DNA of 61,868 nucleotides from Nemertoderma westbladi (taxonomy: Eukaryota; Animalia; Xenacoelomorpha). The notes under the pieces were generated by a model that saw nothing but the letters and a program-made list of their open reading frames with translations, searched no databases and was not told the origin of the DNA. Positions within the stretch are counted from its first letter, which is position 1. Every line of letters starts with the position of its first letter. Location of the stretch: positions 1 to 61,868 of the forward strand of contig JAUCBJ010005915.1 of assembly GCA_032718475.1 (NCBI GenBank), read 5' to 3'. Both the position numbers and the translations under genes were made by a program. Of the stretch, positions 36,105 to 49,504 are shown one piece after another.

Positions 36105-38537
36105 GGGTCAATAAGCTTAAAAGTGGCCAAAAAGGGGTACAAATTGACTGAAAAATTTTTGTCGGAAATTAGTGCCATACTATACACCATTCGAAAGATA
36201 ATTTCATGGCGAATCTTGTGATGGTAGAGGGAGAGCATGACGCGCTGCTCAAAGGGATATATATGGCAAAAACTAATGTCATATCTGTAACGTTTTTGTC
36301 TACCACTGTAACGCATTACAGTGATGACATTTATGGGACAAACATCTGTAACGGCCATCTGTAACGGTAATTATGTTATATGGATTTTGCAGTAATTATA
36401 ACTTATTGCTTCGACAATAAGGTAATTTATTGGACAAACATCTGTAACAAACAGCGAAAGCTGACCATAACCATCGCATTCACTAAATTATATGTACTTA
36501 ATACACAAGATTTCAATAAATAGAACAAGTTTTTCATTAACATTTTTCTGTGTAACCGATAATCTTGTTTTACACGATTTTTGTCCCGTGTTAAATTTTC
36601 TCTATCGCGCCGCTTTTTATTAGCTTGTTTAAAATACTCAAAAACAACCGCCGGCGGTCAATTGGTTCTCTGTACTTATTTAACCGCTCCCTGGCGTTTC
36701 TCTGCAACTGATTCAGAGACGTCCATTACCTCTTCCAATAAACGGATCTGACTAAACTTATTACAATAATATAAGTAGTGCACAAGTCCGTCATGTAACT
36801 CAGTAAGTGATGTTAAGGCAATGATTTAGAAATTGATATTAAAATATAGGCCTTTTATACGCATTAGAGTATTTAATCATTAGAGTAAATTATAATCTTA
36901 CATTGAAGTTACACAAAGACTCACTGATAACAGTCACTGGATTCTTTACTTTTGTTTATTTATTGCTTCATGTCAGATGAAATTAGACATACAAATTTAT
37001 TGAAGTCTATCTATATACTGTACGTCTGCAGACCCTAATCATGAAAAACGAAATCAAAAGATTGGGCAAAGGACCGTCTCTACAATATATTGTATGTTAA
37101 ATAAATCACTGTTTGTAGGAAATGTATCTTCTACAATTCTAAACGAAATAAAGCGAAATTTTACAGAAAGCACATTTTATTAATACATAAAATTTATATG
37201 ATGGAGATTGTATATATTTGCAATTAATTCCTACATTACTTACCACGGACTCAGAAACTCTGGATTCATACAATTTCATATGTGAAATGAATCTGCGCTT
37301 TACTCCCCAGAATCCACAATCACCTCTTCCCGGATAGAGATAAACATGAATCCGTGTTTTACTCCCCTTACGGGATCCAGTAACACTTTACAATTAAAAT
37401 TAGCTAGAATTCGCATTTTGCACTCCTTTTTCGGATTTCATGAAAATCCGGATCCGCGTTTTAACCTCAAAATCCGGGTACCGATCCGGATCCTGCATCC
37501 AGTTCTGTGTTTTACACTTACCCATCTTACACTACCACATTACCATGAGCAGTTAGGATGTCAGTAGGAAGACGAAGAACGTATCAAACGCGTAGGCATT
37601 CAAATATTGTCAGTGATGCCTTATTGTATTTCAGGGTGACCCTCCGTTACAGATAGGACTGTCATATAGAAAGGACTGAAAACCTACAGTCTGTAACGCA
37701 TCGATAACTGGTTATATAATGCGTTACAGATGAGACATCCCTTATCTGTAACGCACTGCACTGTAACGGTGACGCGTTACAGATGGTTGACAAAAACGCT
37801 TACCACCGCCATACATCCTAGGTGTTTATTTATCACATTAACTCTTGGGGTTGATGCGGCATAAATTAAAATTGCCTTTCCACACGTACCATTATACTTG
37901 TATGAGATTAATATTATCAAAATCTATGGCCACATTTGTAGCGTTACAGATATGGACGTTTATGCTTTCTATATTGACTTTGTTAAACATAAATGCTTCC
38001 CAAATGAGATTGCCTTGTCCTTTGTATGTGATATTTGGCCTATATATGTTAGAAACCCTGTTGATTCTAAATATATCAAAACTGAAAACCTACAGTTACT
38101 ACTTCAGATTCTAGACGTAAATGTTACAGATGTGACATAAAAATTGAATAATCCATGCCCATTTTATGTATCGATCTCAAATGGTTCAACATGAATATTA
38201 TGGCCTAAAATATATCGGAAAAGAAAGCAAAACATCTAAGCTTCCCAATAATATATAGGTTTCCTATATATTTGCCACTTGGAGTAATAAAATTTACAGT
38301 TGTTTGTGGTCGTGTCATGTAAGGGACAACTGATTTTCACGATATTTCAGTCTTTGATGGGGCATATCTTTTGACTGCCTTAACAGATTTTCATAATTTT
38401 TAGTGCGTAAGCTGCGCAAATAAATTAGCTACAAAATAATATATAACTTTATTAAATACGAATAAATTAAAGCATTTAAAATTATATCGTAACTTCCGGA
38501 CAAACCATTGGCCACTTTTAAGCTTATTTATTGACCC
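36105..38537. mobile_element. Non-autonomous DNA transposon, GGG…CCC ends, 4-bp TSD (Sola2-like)
   Basis: TIR gggtcaataagcttaaaagtggccaa / ttggccacttttaagcttatttattgaccc. ATAT on both sides (an alternative reading is TATGGG…CCCATA with TGTA). Many ctgtaac/gttacag motifs inside. Confidence 0.7.
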
Positions 38538-38896
38538 ATATGTACAATCATTTCGTAATGTTGAAATTTTGGAATAAAACTACATACATACTTGTTGCAA
38601 AGTACTTCACAGTGTTCTAATCCTCGTGGCTTTATTTTCACTCACTCACTAACGTTCGTTCGTGTAACAAAGCCACTCGGATCATCACACTGTAAAGTGC
38701 TACTCGGCAGCTCCAAACCAAAACTCAGTAAGTAAATTTTTTGACTTTTCGAGATAATCGCGTTTAAAGTTTTTGGACTTTAAAAATAAGCTGGCATTTG
38801 GTTGAAATTTAATTTGATGACTTATAATTTTGTGTACCTTTACAAATTCTACATATATATTAGTGCCAAAACGTTTTTTTAATTTATTCATTCACT

Positions 38897-41800
38897 CACC
38901 ACCAAACCACCCCTTCGCGGCCGAACCATTCATACCAACCCACCACCGAACCACCCCACCCCTTCGCGGCCGAACCATTCCAACCCACCCCACCACCGAA
39001 CCATCCCACTCCTTCGTGGCCGAACCATTCCAACCGAACCCACCACTGAACCACCCCACCCCTTCGTGGCCGAACCATTCCAACCGAACCCACCACTGAA
39101 CCACCCCACCCCTTCGCGGCCGAACCATTCCAACCCAACCCACCACTGAACCATCCCACCCCTTTTTGGCCGAACCATTCCAACCGAACCCACCACCGAA
39201 CCACCCCTTCGTGGCCGAACCATTCCAAACCAACCCACCACCGAACCATCCCACCCCTTCGTGGCCGAACCATTCCAACCCAACCCACCACTGAACCACC
39301 CCACCCCTTCGTGGCCGAAGCATTCCAACCGAACCCACCACTGAACCACCCCACCCCTTCGCGGCCGAACCATTCCAACCGAACCCACCACTGAACCACC
39401 CCACCCCTTCGCGGCCGAACCATTCCAACCCAACCCACCACTGAACCATCCCACCCCTTCGTGGCCGAACCATTCCAACCCAACCCACCACTGAACCACA
39501 CCACCCCTTCGTGGCCGAACCATTCCAACCGAACCCACCACTGAACCACCCCACCCCTTCGTGGCCGAACCATTCCAACCGAACCCACCACTGAACCATC
39601 CCACCCCTTCGTGGCCGAACCATTCCAACCGAACCCACCACCGAACCACCCCTTCGTGGCCGAACCATTCCAAACCAACCCACCACCGAACCATCCCACC
39701 CCTTCGTGGCCGAACCATTCCAACCCAACCCACCACTGAACCACCCCACCCCTTCGTGGCCGAACCATTCCAACCGAACCCACCACCGAACCACCCCTTC
39801 GTGGCCGAACCATTCCAACCCAACCCACCACTGAACCACCCCACCCCTTCGCGGCCGAACCATTCCAACCCAACCCACCACTGAACCATCCCACCCCTTC
39901 GTGGCCGAACCATTCCAACCGAACCCACCACCGAACCACCCCTTCGTGGCCGAACCATTCCAAACCAACCCACCACCGAACCATCCCACCCCTTCGTGGC
40001 CGAACCATTCCAACCCAACCCACCACTGAACCACCCCACCCCTTCGTGGCCGAACCATTCCAACCGAACCCACCACTGAACCACCCCACCCCTTCGCGGC
40101 CGAACCATTCCAACCGAACCCACCACTGAACCACCCCACCCCTTCGCGGCCGAACCATTCCAACCCAACCCACCACTGAACCATCCCACCCCTTCGTGGC
40201 CGAACCATTCCAACCCAACCCACCACTGAACCATCCCACCCCTTCGCGGCCGAACCATTCCAACCGAACCCACCACCGAACCACCCCTTCGTGTCCGAAC
40301 CATTCCAAACCAACCCACCACCGAACCATCCCACCCCTTCGTGGCCGAACCATTCCAACCTAACCCACCACCGAACCATCCCAACCCTTCGCGGCCGAAC
40401 CATTCCAACCCAACCCACCACCGAACCATCCCACCCCTTCGTGGCCGAACCATTCCAACCCAACCCACCACTGAACCACCCCACCCCTTCGTGGCCGAAC
40501 CATTCCAACCGAACCCACCACTGAACCACCCCACCCCTTCGTGGCCGAACCATTCCAACCGAACCCACCACTGAACCACCCCACCCCTTCGCGGCCGAAC
40601 CATTCCAACCCAACCCACCACTGAACCATCCCACCCCTTTTTGGCCGAACCATTCCAACCGAACCCACCACCGAACCACCCCTTCGTGGCCGAACCATTC
40701 CAAACCAACCCACCACCGAACCATCCCACCCCTTCGTGGCCGAACCATTCCAACCCAACCCACCACTGAACCACCCCACCCCTTCGTGGCCGAAGCATTC
40801 CAACCGAACCCACCACTGAACCACCCCACCCCTTCGCGGCCGAACCATTCCAACCGAACCCACCACTGAACCACCCCACCCCTTCGCGGCCGAACCATTC
40901 CAACCCAACCCACCACCGAACCATCCCACCCCTTCGTGGCCGAACCATTCCAACCGAACCCACCACTGAACCATCCCACCCCTTCGTGGCCGAACCATTC
41001 CAACCCAACCCACCACTGAACCACCCCACCCCTTCGCGGCCGAACCATTCCAACCCAACCCACCACCGAACCATCCCACCCCTTCGTGGCCGAACCATTC
41101 CAACCCAACCCACCACTGAACCACCCCACCCCTTCGCGGCCGAACCATTCCAACCCAACCCACCACCGCACCATCCCACCCCTTCGTGGCCGAACTATTC
41201 CAACCGAACCCACCACCGAACCACCCCTTCGTGGCCGAACCATTCCAAACCAACCCACCACCGAACCATCCCACCCCTTCGTGGCCGAACCATTCCAACC
41301 TAACCCACCACCGAACCATCCCACCCCTTCGTGGCCGAACCATTCCAACCCAACCCACCACCGAACCATCCCACCCCTTCGTGGCCGAACCATTCCAACC
41401 GAACCCACCACTGAACCACCCCACCACTTCGTGGTCGAACCATTCCAACCGAACCCACCACTGAACCACCCCACCCCTTCGTGGCCGAACCATTCCAACC
41501 GAACCCACCACTGAACCACCCCACCCCTTCGCGGCCGAACCATTCCAACCCAACCCACCACTGAACCATCCCACCCCTTCGTGGCCGAACCATTCCAACC
41601 CAACCCACCACTGAACCACCCCACCCCTTCGCGGCCGAACCATTCCAACCCAACCCACCACCGAACCATCCCACCCCTTCGTGGCCGAACCATTCCAACC
41701 GAACCCACCACGGAACCACCCCACCCCTTCGTGGCCGAACCATTCCAACCGAACCCACCACTGAACCACCCCACCCCTTCGCGGCCGAACCATTCCAACC

Positions 41801-42604
41801 CAACCCACCACTGAACCATCCCACCCCTTCGTGGCCGAACCATTCCAACCGAACCCACCACCGAACCATCCCACCCCTTCGTGGCCGAACCATTCCAACC
41901 GAACCCACCGCCGAACAACCCCTTCGTGGCCGAACCATTCCAACCCAACCCACCACCGAACCATCCCACCCCTTCGTGGCCGAACCATTCCAACCGAACC
42001 CACCACTGAACCACCCCACCCCTTCGTGGCCGAACCATTCCAACCCAACCCACCACCGAACCATCCCACCCCTTCGTGGCCGAACCATTCCAACCGAACC
42101 CACCACTGAACCACCCCACCCCTTCGTGGCCGAACCATTCCAACCGAACCCACCGCCGAACAACCCCTTCGTGGCCGAACCATTCCAACCCAACCCACCA
42201 CCGAACCATCCCACCCCTTCGTGGCCGAACCATTCCAACCCAACCCACAACTGAACCACCCCACCCCTTCGTGGCCGAACATTCCAACAGAACCCACCAC
42301 TGAACCATCCCACCCCTTTGCGGCCGAACCATTCCAACCCAACCCACCACCGAACCATCTTACCCCTTCGTGGCCGAACCATTCCAACCGAATCCACCAG
42401 TGAACCACCCCACCCCTTCGTGGCCGAACCATTCCAACCGAACCCACCACTGAACCACCCCACCCCTTTGCGGCCGAACCATTCCAACCCAACCCACCAC
42501 TGAACCATCCCACCCCTTCGTGGCCGAACCATTCCAACCAAACCCACCACTGAACCACCCCACCCCTTCGCGGCCGAACCATTCCAACCCAACCCACCAC
42601 CGAA
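38897..42604. repeat. C-rich minisatellite, 50-bp unit (45-bp variants), about 75 copies
   Basis: Unit ccaccactgaaccaccccaccccttcgtggccgaaccattccaaccgaac. Confidence 0.97.
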
Positions 42605-42847
42605 TCAAATAAATGCCATACGCGGCTGGCTGGCTAAATGGCATATGGATACTCCCATATGCTGTAAAACATTATTACATTGCATTTTCGGACCTCATCT
42701 GTACGTAAACACCATAGAATAATATTGATAATGATTCCCTATGTAAAACCAAGACAATAGATTAGCCGTATGCCGTAACGCGACAAGTAGCCGTAACACG
42801 ACTTTTTGAGTAGCCGTACCGCCACTGCGCCTCCTCCCTTGGAACCT

Positions 42848-43271
42848 TGTTATACTCTTGGTCACCATCCATGCTTGAAACTGAGTTCATTGTTTGTTCT
42901 ATATTATTGGTGTGTGTTTATAAGGTACTTCCCTATGTTATTGTGTTTACCCTGTCGCCAGCCTATAAATAGGCCCAATATCGTTGCTTTAGTTCAGTTG
43001 TCAGTTGCTAGTTATCTATTCAGTTGCTAATCAGTTTGTATTTTAGTTCATTTCTCAGTTCGTTTTCGTACTTGTTTTTTGTCAATCATTCTGCAACATT
43101 CCTTCTTACCTACCACTCTGTTAATAAAATCTAATCGAACTATAAACTCTCATTTTTTCCCCATTCATCAATACCACTGAACCCACCGTCACCCCTCTCT
43201 ACTACTCTACGACAAACCACTTTTACACTGCGCCCAATCCCCACAGTGCCACTGACTTCGACGTTGCCACA
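42848..43271 (+). mobile_element. Possible solo LTR
   Basis: TGT…ACA ends, TATAAATA at 42964, tcagtt repeats, AATAAA at 43123. TSD is only partial (aacct/agact). Confidence 0.4.
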
Positions 43272-45059
43272 AGACTTTATTTTATTAGGTTCTATTATAT
43301 TAGTTTTTATTATATTTTTGCGAAACAATACAGCCATCTAAAAATTTTGTTAATTAGGAATTTTTAAACAAGTACAAGGAATAATCATGGTTGCCTCTGT
43401 CGGAGTCTATTATTAATAATTAATTATTCATTTATAAATTAGGAGAACCCATTATCAGACAGAGAACGAATGGTATTTATATTCTGCTTTATAGTACTTA
43501 TTGCACCGTGTTATCTTCTTGGTGCCTTTTCGCTTTTCATTGCAATTAATTGTTTTCTCAGATGATATTAGTTTATTCTGCACAGTTATTTGCATGCGAA
43601 TATGACTTTTTGCTGTAGTTCATGAATTATAGTTTATTTGCACTTTTTTGTTTACACACTTTTAAATTGCTTCTTTTTTTCACTGCGCTCTCTATTGTTT
43701 TTGCGGTTTGGCATGTTAGTTCTGTATACTCAATTGATTTCTGGTTATTGGCGGTTGTGGGTTGACCTTGACATGGCTGTTGTAGGTAGATAACCCTTTG
43801 CCTTTTAGTTCACACAAATAAACCATCACTGTTTTTTTAGTTATTATCCAGGCGACGTATTGCGGAAGTAAGCTATTCAACTAAACATAATTACCCGACA
43901 GAAACTGCAGAATATTATCGATGGTGTCTGTATATGATACTAATTATTGATTAAGTCCTTTTTTTATTATTTACTTGAAGTGGTAGCAAATGCAAGATTT
44001 ATTCTGACTCTTTACAGTTATGAACTGTCTGTTGGTTGATAGTTGGTCTAATTTTCGTTTACCATTTAGCATTGATAAATATTATTGCCGGGTCGAAATA
44101 CATTAAATGTAATTTTGTGATTAACAATTTAAATGGATTTTTGTTTGGCACAACTTTTAAAGTTTAGAGTTATTAGACACTCTGTGGGGTCAGTTCATAC
44201 TTAGAGACTTTCCCCACAGTTAGGTCGCAGAAAAATTTAAAAACATCAGCCGCCCCAAGTGAGGCTGGGGGCATCTCGGCGAATTGACTATGTTAATTGT
44301 TAATTATTAAAGGAAATGAGAAGATTGCAGTGCCACATTTTTATAACCAAAACAATAAACGAGAGTCAATAGAACTATGGTTACAGTTATTTTTTTCATG
44401 GTAATCAGTTGTTATTTTTCGCAGATTTTCCCCTGGAGAGAGATGATTTTTGAGTCCAAAAAGCCCTGAAATTAACTATGCAACATGCATGCTATCGCTG
44501 TTATAGTATTCAAACATAAATTCAAAATGCCATCGTTTTATTCTGCAGTTGGTATTGTGTGTTTCATGTCATATTTTCCCATATTGTATTTAACAACATT
44601 AAGATATACATATTTAACTTAGAATTAACCATGCTTGCTTATTTGTCATACACTAACAAACCTATTAACGACTATTTCAAAACTAATGTATTGCAGATTA
44701 TTTTATAACCTGAATGCTGAATTAACTGCAGCTCTGCATATTTCATTTTACACTTAGTTTCTTAAAAGTAACATTGATACTTACTATAAAAATGAATTCC
44801 CTTTACTTGTGTGTTTAGAAATTGTTTTAGGTCACTTTAAACCGGCAAAAGTTCAGCAAAAACTTTGAATGTTCATATCTTTTGATTGCATGAACGAAAC
44901 TCGACAATTTTGGGCTTGTTTTGTAGCTCTTGATAAACCCCACAAAATACATTATTTATAACAATTTACAATACCTTTAATCTCAATCATTTCATTTCAT
45001 TTTATATATAATATAATATAATATATATAAATTTCATATATTTTATTATCATATTATAT

Positions 45060-45540
45060 TAATTGAAAGCGGAGAGTCTTGCGCATCTTTTAACACTACA
45101 ATTAATTAAATTCATGGGAATGAATATTGATAAAATGAATCAATCACAATTATAAACTCGCAGATTGCCTGATGTATGCAAGTAGTACTGAACCACTCAG
45201 CCCTATCCGATCCACCTATTTCATTGGAGTATTGCTGTATTGCAGCTTAAGGTCATAAGTTGAAATGTGTACCGGTACAGCTGCGGTAGGTTTACTCAAC
45301 GTAATGAACGTAATCCACAATACGGCAATAGGCCTACTCCAATAATACTGCAATGCAATAGGTGGCTAGAGCTTAGCAGGTATACGTATACTGGTCAGCA
45401 TACATATGGTTGCATACAATACAGGGCCAGGCAATCTACCAAGTTTGCAAAATTGCAAACAGTATTTTATAAAAGTTCATGATCATGAATTTAAGTGATT
45501 GTATTGTTAAAAGACACACAAGACTCTCCGCTTTCAATTA
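45060..45540. mobile_element. MITE-like element with inverted repeats of about 43 bp
   Basis: taattgaaagcggagagtcttg… / …caagactctccgctttcaatta. Confidence 0.6.
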
Positions 45541-46486
45541 AGCCATGTGGAAATGATTTAGATTAAATGTGTATTTAAATCGATCGAAAATCACCCTCCA
45601 TAGAAAACAATATAAGAAATTATCGGAGCACTGCATAGTGACATCAAATATGTACCAGCCAATCATAGCCGATTTTCAAAATTGGCTTCCCGGGCTTACT
45701 TAAACCCGCAATTTCGACGATTCCACGTGTTTTTACAAAAATACACACCGCCACTCGATTCAGGGCACCTTATTCAATACTACCTCTTATTCTATTGTTT
45801 CTAGCCCAACAATATTTTCGCACACCAACCCTATTATTATGAGTCCTTTTTGGAGATAATTTATGTGCTTTCTATATAACCAATTGATGTGGCCATATCA
45901 TCTCCTATGGCGAAGCTATTGCCAAAAATGTAACACCAACTCCGAAAAATACATAAAAATGTAGATCTTGAACTTAATTTTCAAGGTGCTATAAAATTGG
46001 TAAAGTTGACGTGTTTATATTGAGTCACCACTAATTTAAATACTTCCAAGGTACTCAACCATAAAATAAATCACATTCGTTAAAAATCGATCGATTTTGT
46101 AAAAACTCACAGAAACATCGCCCAAGATCTACAAAAATTATATCCAAAGTCTAAAATTCAGTTCTAGTTCAGAATATGTTTTATTCAAAGTCTACAATGA
46201 TTTATTCTTTTCACATGACTTTTCAAGTTCTACAAAACGATTTATATAATCCTTTTGCAGGTAATTCCTAAATCCCTCTGAACTATGAACAACTAAATTA
46301 ATTTCAATATAACTTCATCTTACTAATATTTTGGCAGTGTGATATATAGTGATAAAAAGTTGCCAAAAACACGTTTCGTGAAATTAAATATTCAATTCAA
46401 ACTAGCCCTCCCCGATCGCAATCCCAGAAATCCAGAATATTGGATTTCTGAAGGATTTTGATCCCGTTTAAACACTAATATGCATT

Positions 46487-47389
46487 TAGTGCTTAAATGG
46501 GATCCTGGTGCAAAAAGCAATCCCGGTCTTGATCCCAATTTTTTTGTGCCGGGATCCTGAATAATATATAGTTAAGTAAAATTGTTAAATATCTTATAAA
46601 TAGTTCTAGCAGAACAGAAATGTTTTGATTATATTGATTCAAAATAATTTTAATATAACTTTATCTTACTAATATTTCAGCAGTGTAAGATAAAGTGAGT
46701 GTTACCCAAAACCCATCACATATACTATTAACATTAAGGAATTTAATACAAAATTCCAATCCCTACCCCGAAAAACAGGATCCCGAGATTGATAATACCA
46801 GTGTTAGCGAATCCATTCCGCTATGCATTTCCAACCAATAAATGGTGGGGGGGGGGGGGGGGGGGGGGGAGCCGATTTACCAAGTTGGCCATCAAGGTAT
46901 CCAATCATACCAGCAAAGGGATGATGTAATAAGGCCAGCTGGGCAGTGGACTAACAATCCCCCTCAGTGGGTGGAGGCCAGCAGGGCTAAAGGGAGGGAG
47001 ATATATGGCATTAAGGTAGCCAATGGGAGGGCAGCATGTGTCAGCAATAGGAGTGTATCGATTGGAGGCCAATAAACGTGTTAGCCTGCGGGCACTATAT
47101 TTTCCCTTTATATTACCAGTCACTTGCATTGTGCAATCAGTTGGCATTTATTCTAGTAGTAGAGGTGAAATCGTTTTCCATCGCTATGTTGGCGCTGTGC
47201 TATTATTATATCACTAATGGTACACTGTACTACAGCCTAGTCAGTCTATCCACCCAGTCATTAGCCAGCGCGTGAGCGTTGGGAATAATAACCAAAGACG
47301 ATCGGTTGGGATCCTCTGCCAACCGGAATCCCATCAAGCACAGTCCTGGTCCCGGAAATGCTGAAAAGTCTGATCCCGTTTAAATACTA
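46487..47389. mobile_element. hAT-like MITE copy 2 carrying an insertion of about 520 bp (about 46799-47322)
   Basis: Collinear with 18535-18941 except for the insert. A partial third copy ends at 46477. Confidence 0.75.
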
Positions 47390-49217
47390 ATTTATATATA
47401 CAGACAAACCAAACACGGGTAATATAAAAGTTAAAAATAGTATGGATCAAGAGGGGAAACCAATTTGTACCAAACTTGGTTGAATTACTGTATCCTTTTA
47501 GCAATAGTAGTGTTATGACTGTATAATAAAAAATGTATATAATAAATATAAATAATTTTAACTAAAAAAGGTACAATAACTTAAAAAATTAAGTTTCTAA
47601 CGATGTTTGTTGTGGTGGGTAACATTTGTTTCAAGGATCACAGCAATACAAAGCCAGAACTGATTTCGCTGCTGGACTTGTTCCTGGCCAAATAATGCTT
47701 TTGGATGTATTTTGCAGATACTTTTAACTTAGATCATGAAATACACAAGGCGCTCTTTTAGTTTTATGAATGTTGCCTGAATAGTTTGTTTATATTTTTC
47801 CAAACTATAATGATAACCAGAACAAAACTGAACACGGTGAATGGATTAATAACGTTGTTTCTTAAATTGAATACTTTTTCATCCGAAAATACCCAAAAAT
47901 CTAATGATTTTTCCTTAGGGAAAAAAGTATCCCATAAATTTTACTTTTTTTGTACATAATTTGATCAAAATTCATGCACACATTCAAAAGTGTCACTCTG
48001 GTGTCTGGGGCATATTAGAAACATAATTCAATTAATATCCAATATTCTGGTTTGTCTGATTGTAATTGTTGTAATTACTAAATATGACTTCGTTCAATCT
48101 TTTATTAAATAATTAAGCTATAAGAAAGTACTACTTTAAGAATAAACTTCCATATTATATGGGAAAAATACGTAGGACTTTTTTTCCCAAGTAATAAATA
48201 ATTATTTTTAAAGTACCAGGCCGCTGCGGGTAGATTTGTAATTTGGATAAATACTGGGATGGAATTGTCAGATAATTATTTCATGTACGGAATTATCCAA
48301 TGTGGAAACATCCATGGTGGAATTGTATGGGGCAGAATTTTGTAAAATAATTTGCTTTGAGATAGAATTGTATGTTATTTATTACTTTACTTGTACTTTA
48401 ATGTAGATAGAGAATTACTGAAGTAACCAACAGTGAAATATAACTTTGACATAAGTTATGTAGACTTTGAATCGATAGTATATCCAAATATAGACTTTAA
48501 AATGTAGACTTTGGAATTTAATATCACGTTCCATTCTAAATGAAAGTTTGTATACTCTGGGTGAAAATTTTAGTTTTAGCTCAGTAACTTTCCACAACCT
48601 GAATCAACTTATGTTTTATTAACAGATTCGTTTTCAGCACGAAGAAAGCTATCAAATGATATAATAAAATACTTGCCTATTTGACCAACTTTGAAATTCC
48701 CTATAAAAGTTGCGCTTTTTGCTGCTATAGAGTGATAGTGACCTTTAACTACATAAACAAATTTTCAATAACATTAATTTCATTGACTCATTTACAGTTG
48801 TTTAATGGGAAAACAAGTTTAATGTTTAATTATGCACGTGTTGTGTGTACTATTTGGGCAGGGCTTATTTACTCGTATTTTAAACAGTAGAACAAATAAT
48901 CGTAATATTAAAAAGGCTACTTTGTTCAAAATTTATGAACTGACTTTTGGTATGCGAAAAATAATAATGTGCCCTAATCGAGTGGCGGTTTATCTCTTTT
49001 TTGTTAATATATGAGGAAATTTAAGTTTTAATTCACACAGAGCTTATGTTTGTTCATGATACAAACTACTAAGATTCTCACACTATTAAGTTCAGAAGTA
49101 CTTTTTAGCACTTAAGATATAAATAGCTGGTACAATAAAATACAACTGTGGTATTACTCATAAGGTACAATGGAGAAATAACTAAACAGTGAGTGAGTGA
49201 TATTGCCTTTTTTTTAG

Positions 49218-49442
49218 ATTCGAGTTGTTTCGGCCTTCAGGGAAGCTTCGAATCAAAGAGAAAGAGGTCATAGTTTATATCGAATCCGCAGTATGGCGAA
49301 TCCTGCAGCCGCTGAAAATAATCTAATTCCCAATCCCAGACAAGCGTTAATAGAAGGGAATGAAGATTCTTCTCCTACGCCGTCAAGGCCAATATCATCA
49401 ACCAAGCCATCATCGGTGAGGACTGCAGAGACAATGATTTAG
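49218..49442 (+). CDS. ATP2B: PMCA terminal coding exon, b-type tail (IRVVSAFREASNQ…SVRTAETMI*)
   Basis: ttttttag acceptor. IRVVSAFR completes the CaM-binding domain. TAG at 49440-49442. ETMI resembles the ETSL/ETSV PDZ ligands. Not listed in the ORF track because it is an ATG-less internal start. Confidence 0.9.
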   Translation: MRVVSAFREASNQRERGHSLYRIRSMANPAAAENNLIPNPRQALIEGNEDSSPTPSRPISSTKPSSVRTAETMI

Positions 49443-49498
49443 TGATCATAATTTTTGGGTGTCTTTGTCATCACCTTCCACAATAGAAGTTGGTATCT

Positions 49499-49504
49499 AA
49501 TAAA
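49499..49504 (+). promoter_or_regulatory. Candidate proximal polyadenylation signal AATAAA
   Basis: First AATAAA after the stop. The region is AT-rich, so it may be chance, and the UTR may run further. Confidence 0.25.

Larger units (their letters stand above)
35812..42800. repeat. Inverted repeat pair of about 115 bp (35812-35925 / 42664-42800) bracketing 7 kb
   Basis: ttttacatagggaatcattatcaatattattctatggtgtttacgtgcagatgaggtccgaaaa and its reverse complement. Confidence 0.85.
742..49442 (+). other. ATP2B: Plasma membrane Ca2+-transporting ATPase gene (PMCA, P2B-type), 5'-partial, 14 coding exons in window
   Basis: Exons joined by hand keep frame through GT-AG junctions. They give the P-type/PMCA motifs [79 protein letters not shown], a CaM-binding domain and a PDZ-type C-terminus. 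Confidence 0.96.

Noticed and set aside
38892-42644. 1152-, 749- and 746-aa Gly/Trp-rich ORFs
   Set aside because: Artefacts of the 50-bp satellite. The peptide cycles through all three frames.
48626-48664. Alternative site-C exon IRFQHEESYQMI*
   Set aside because: The sequence looks like a DNA-transposon subterminal region and lacks the VVxAF motif. The exon at 49218 fits far better.
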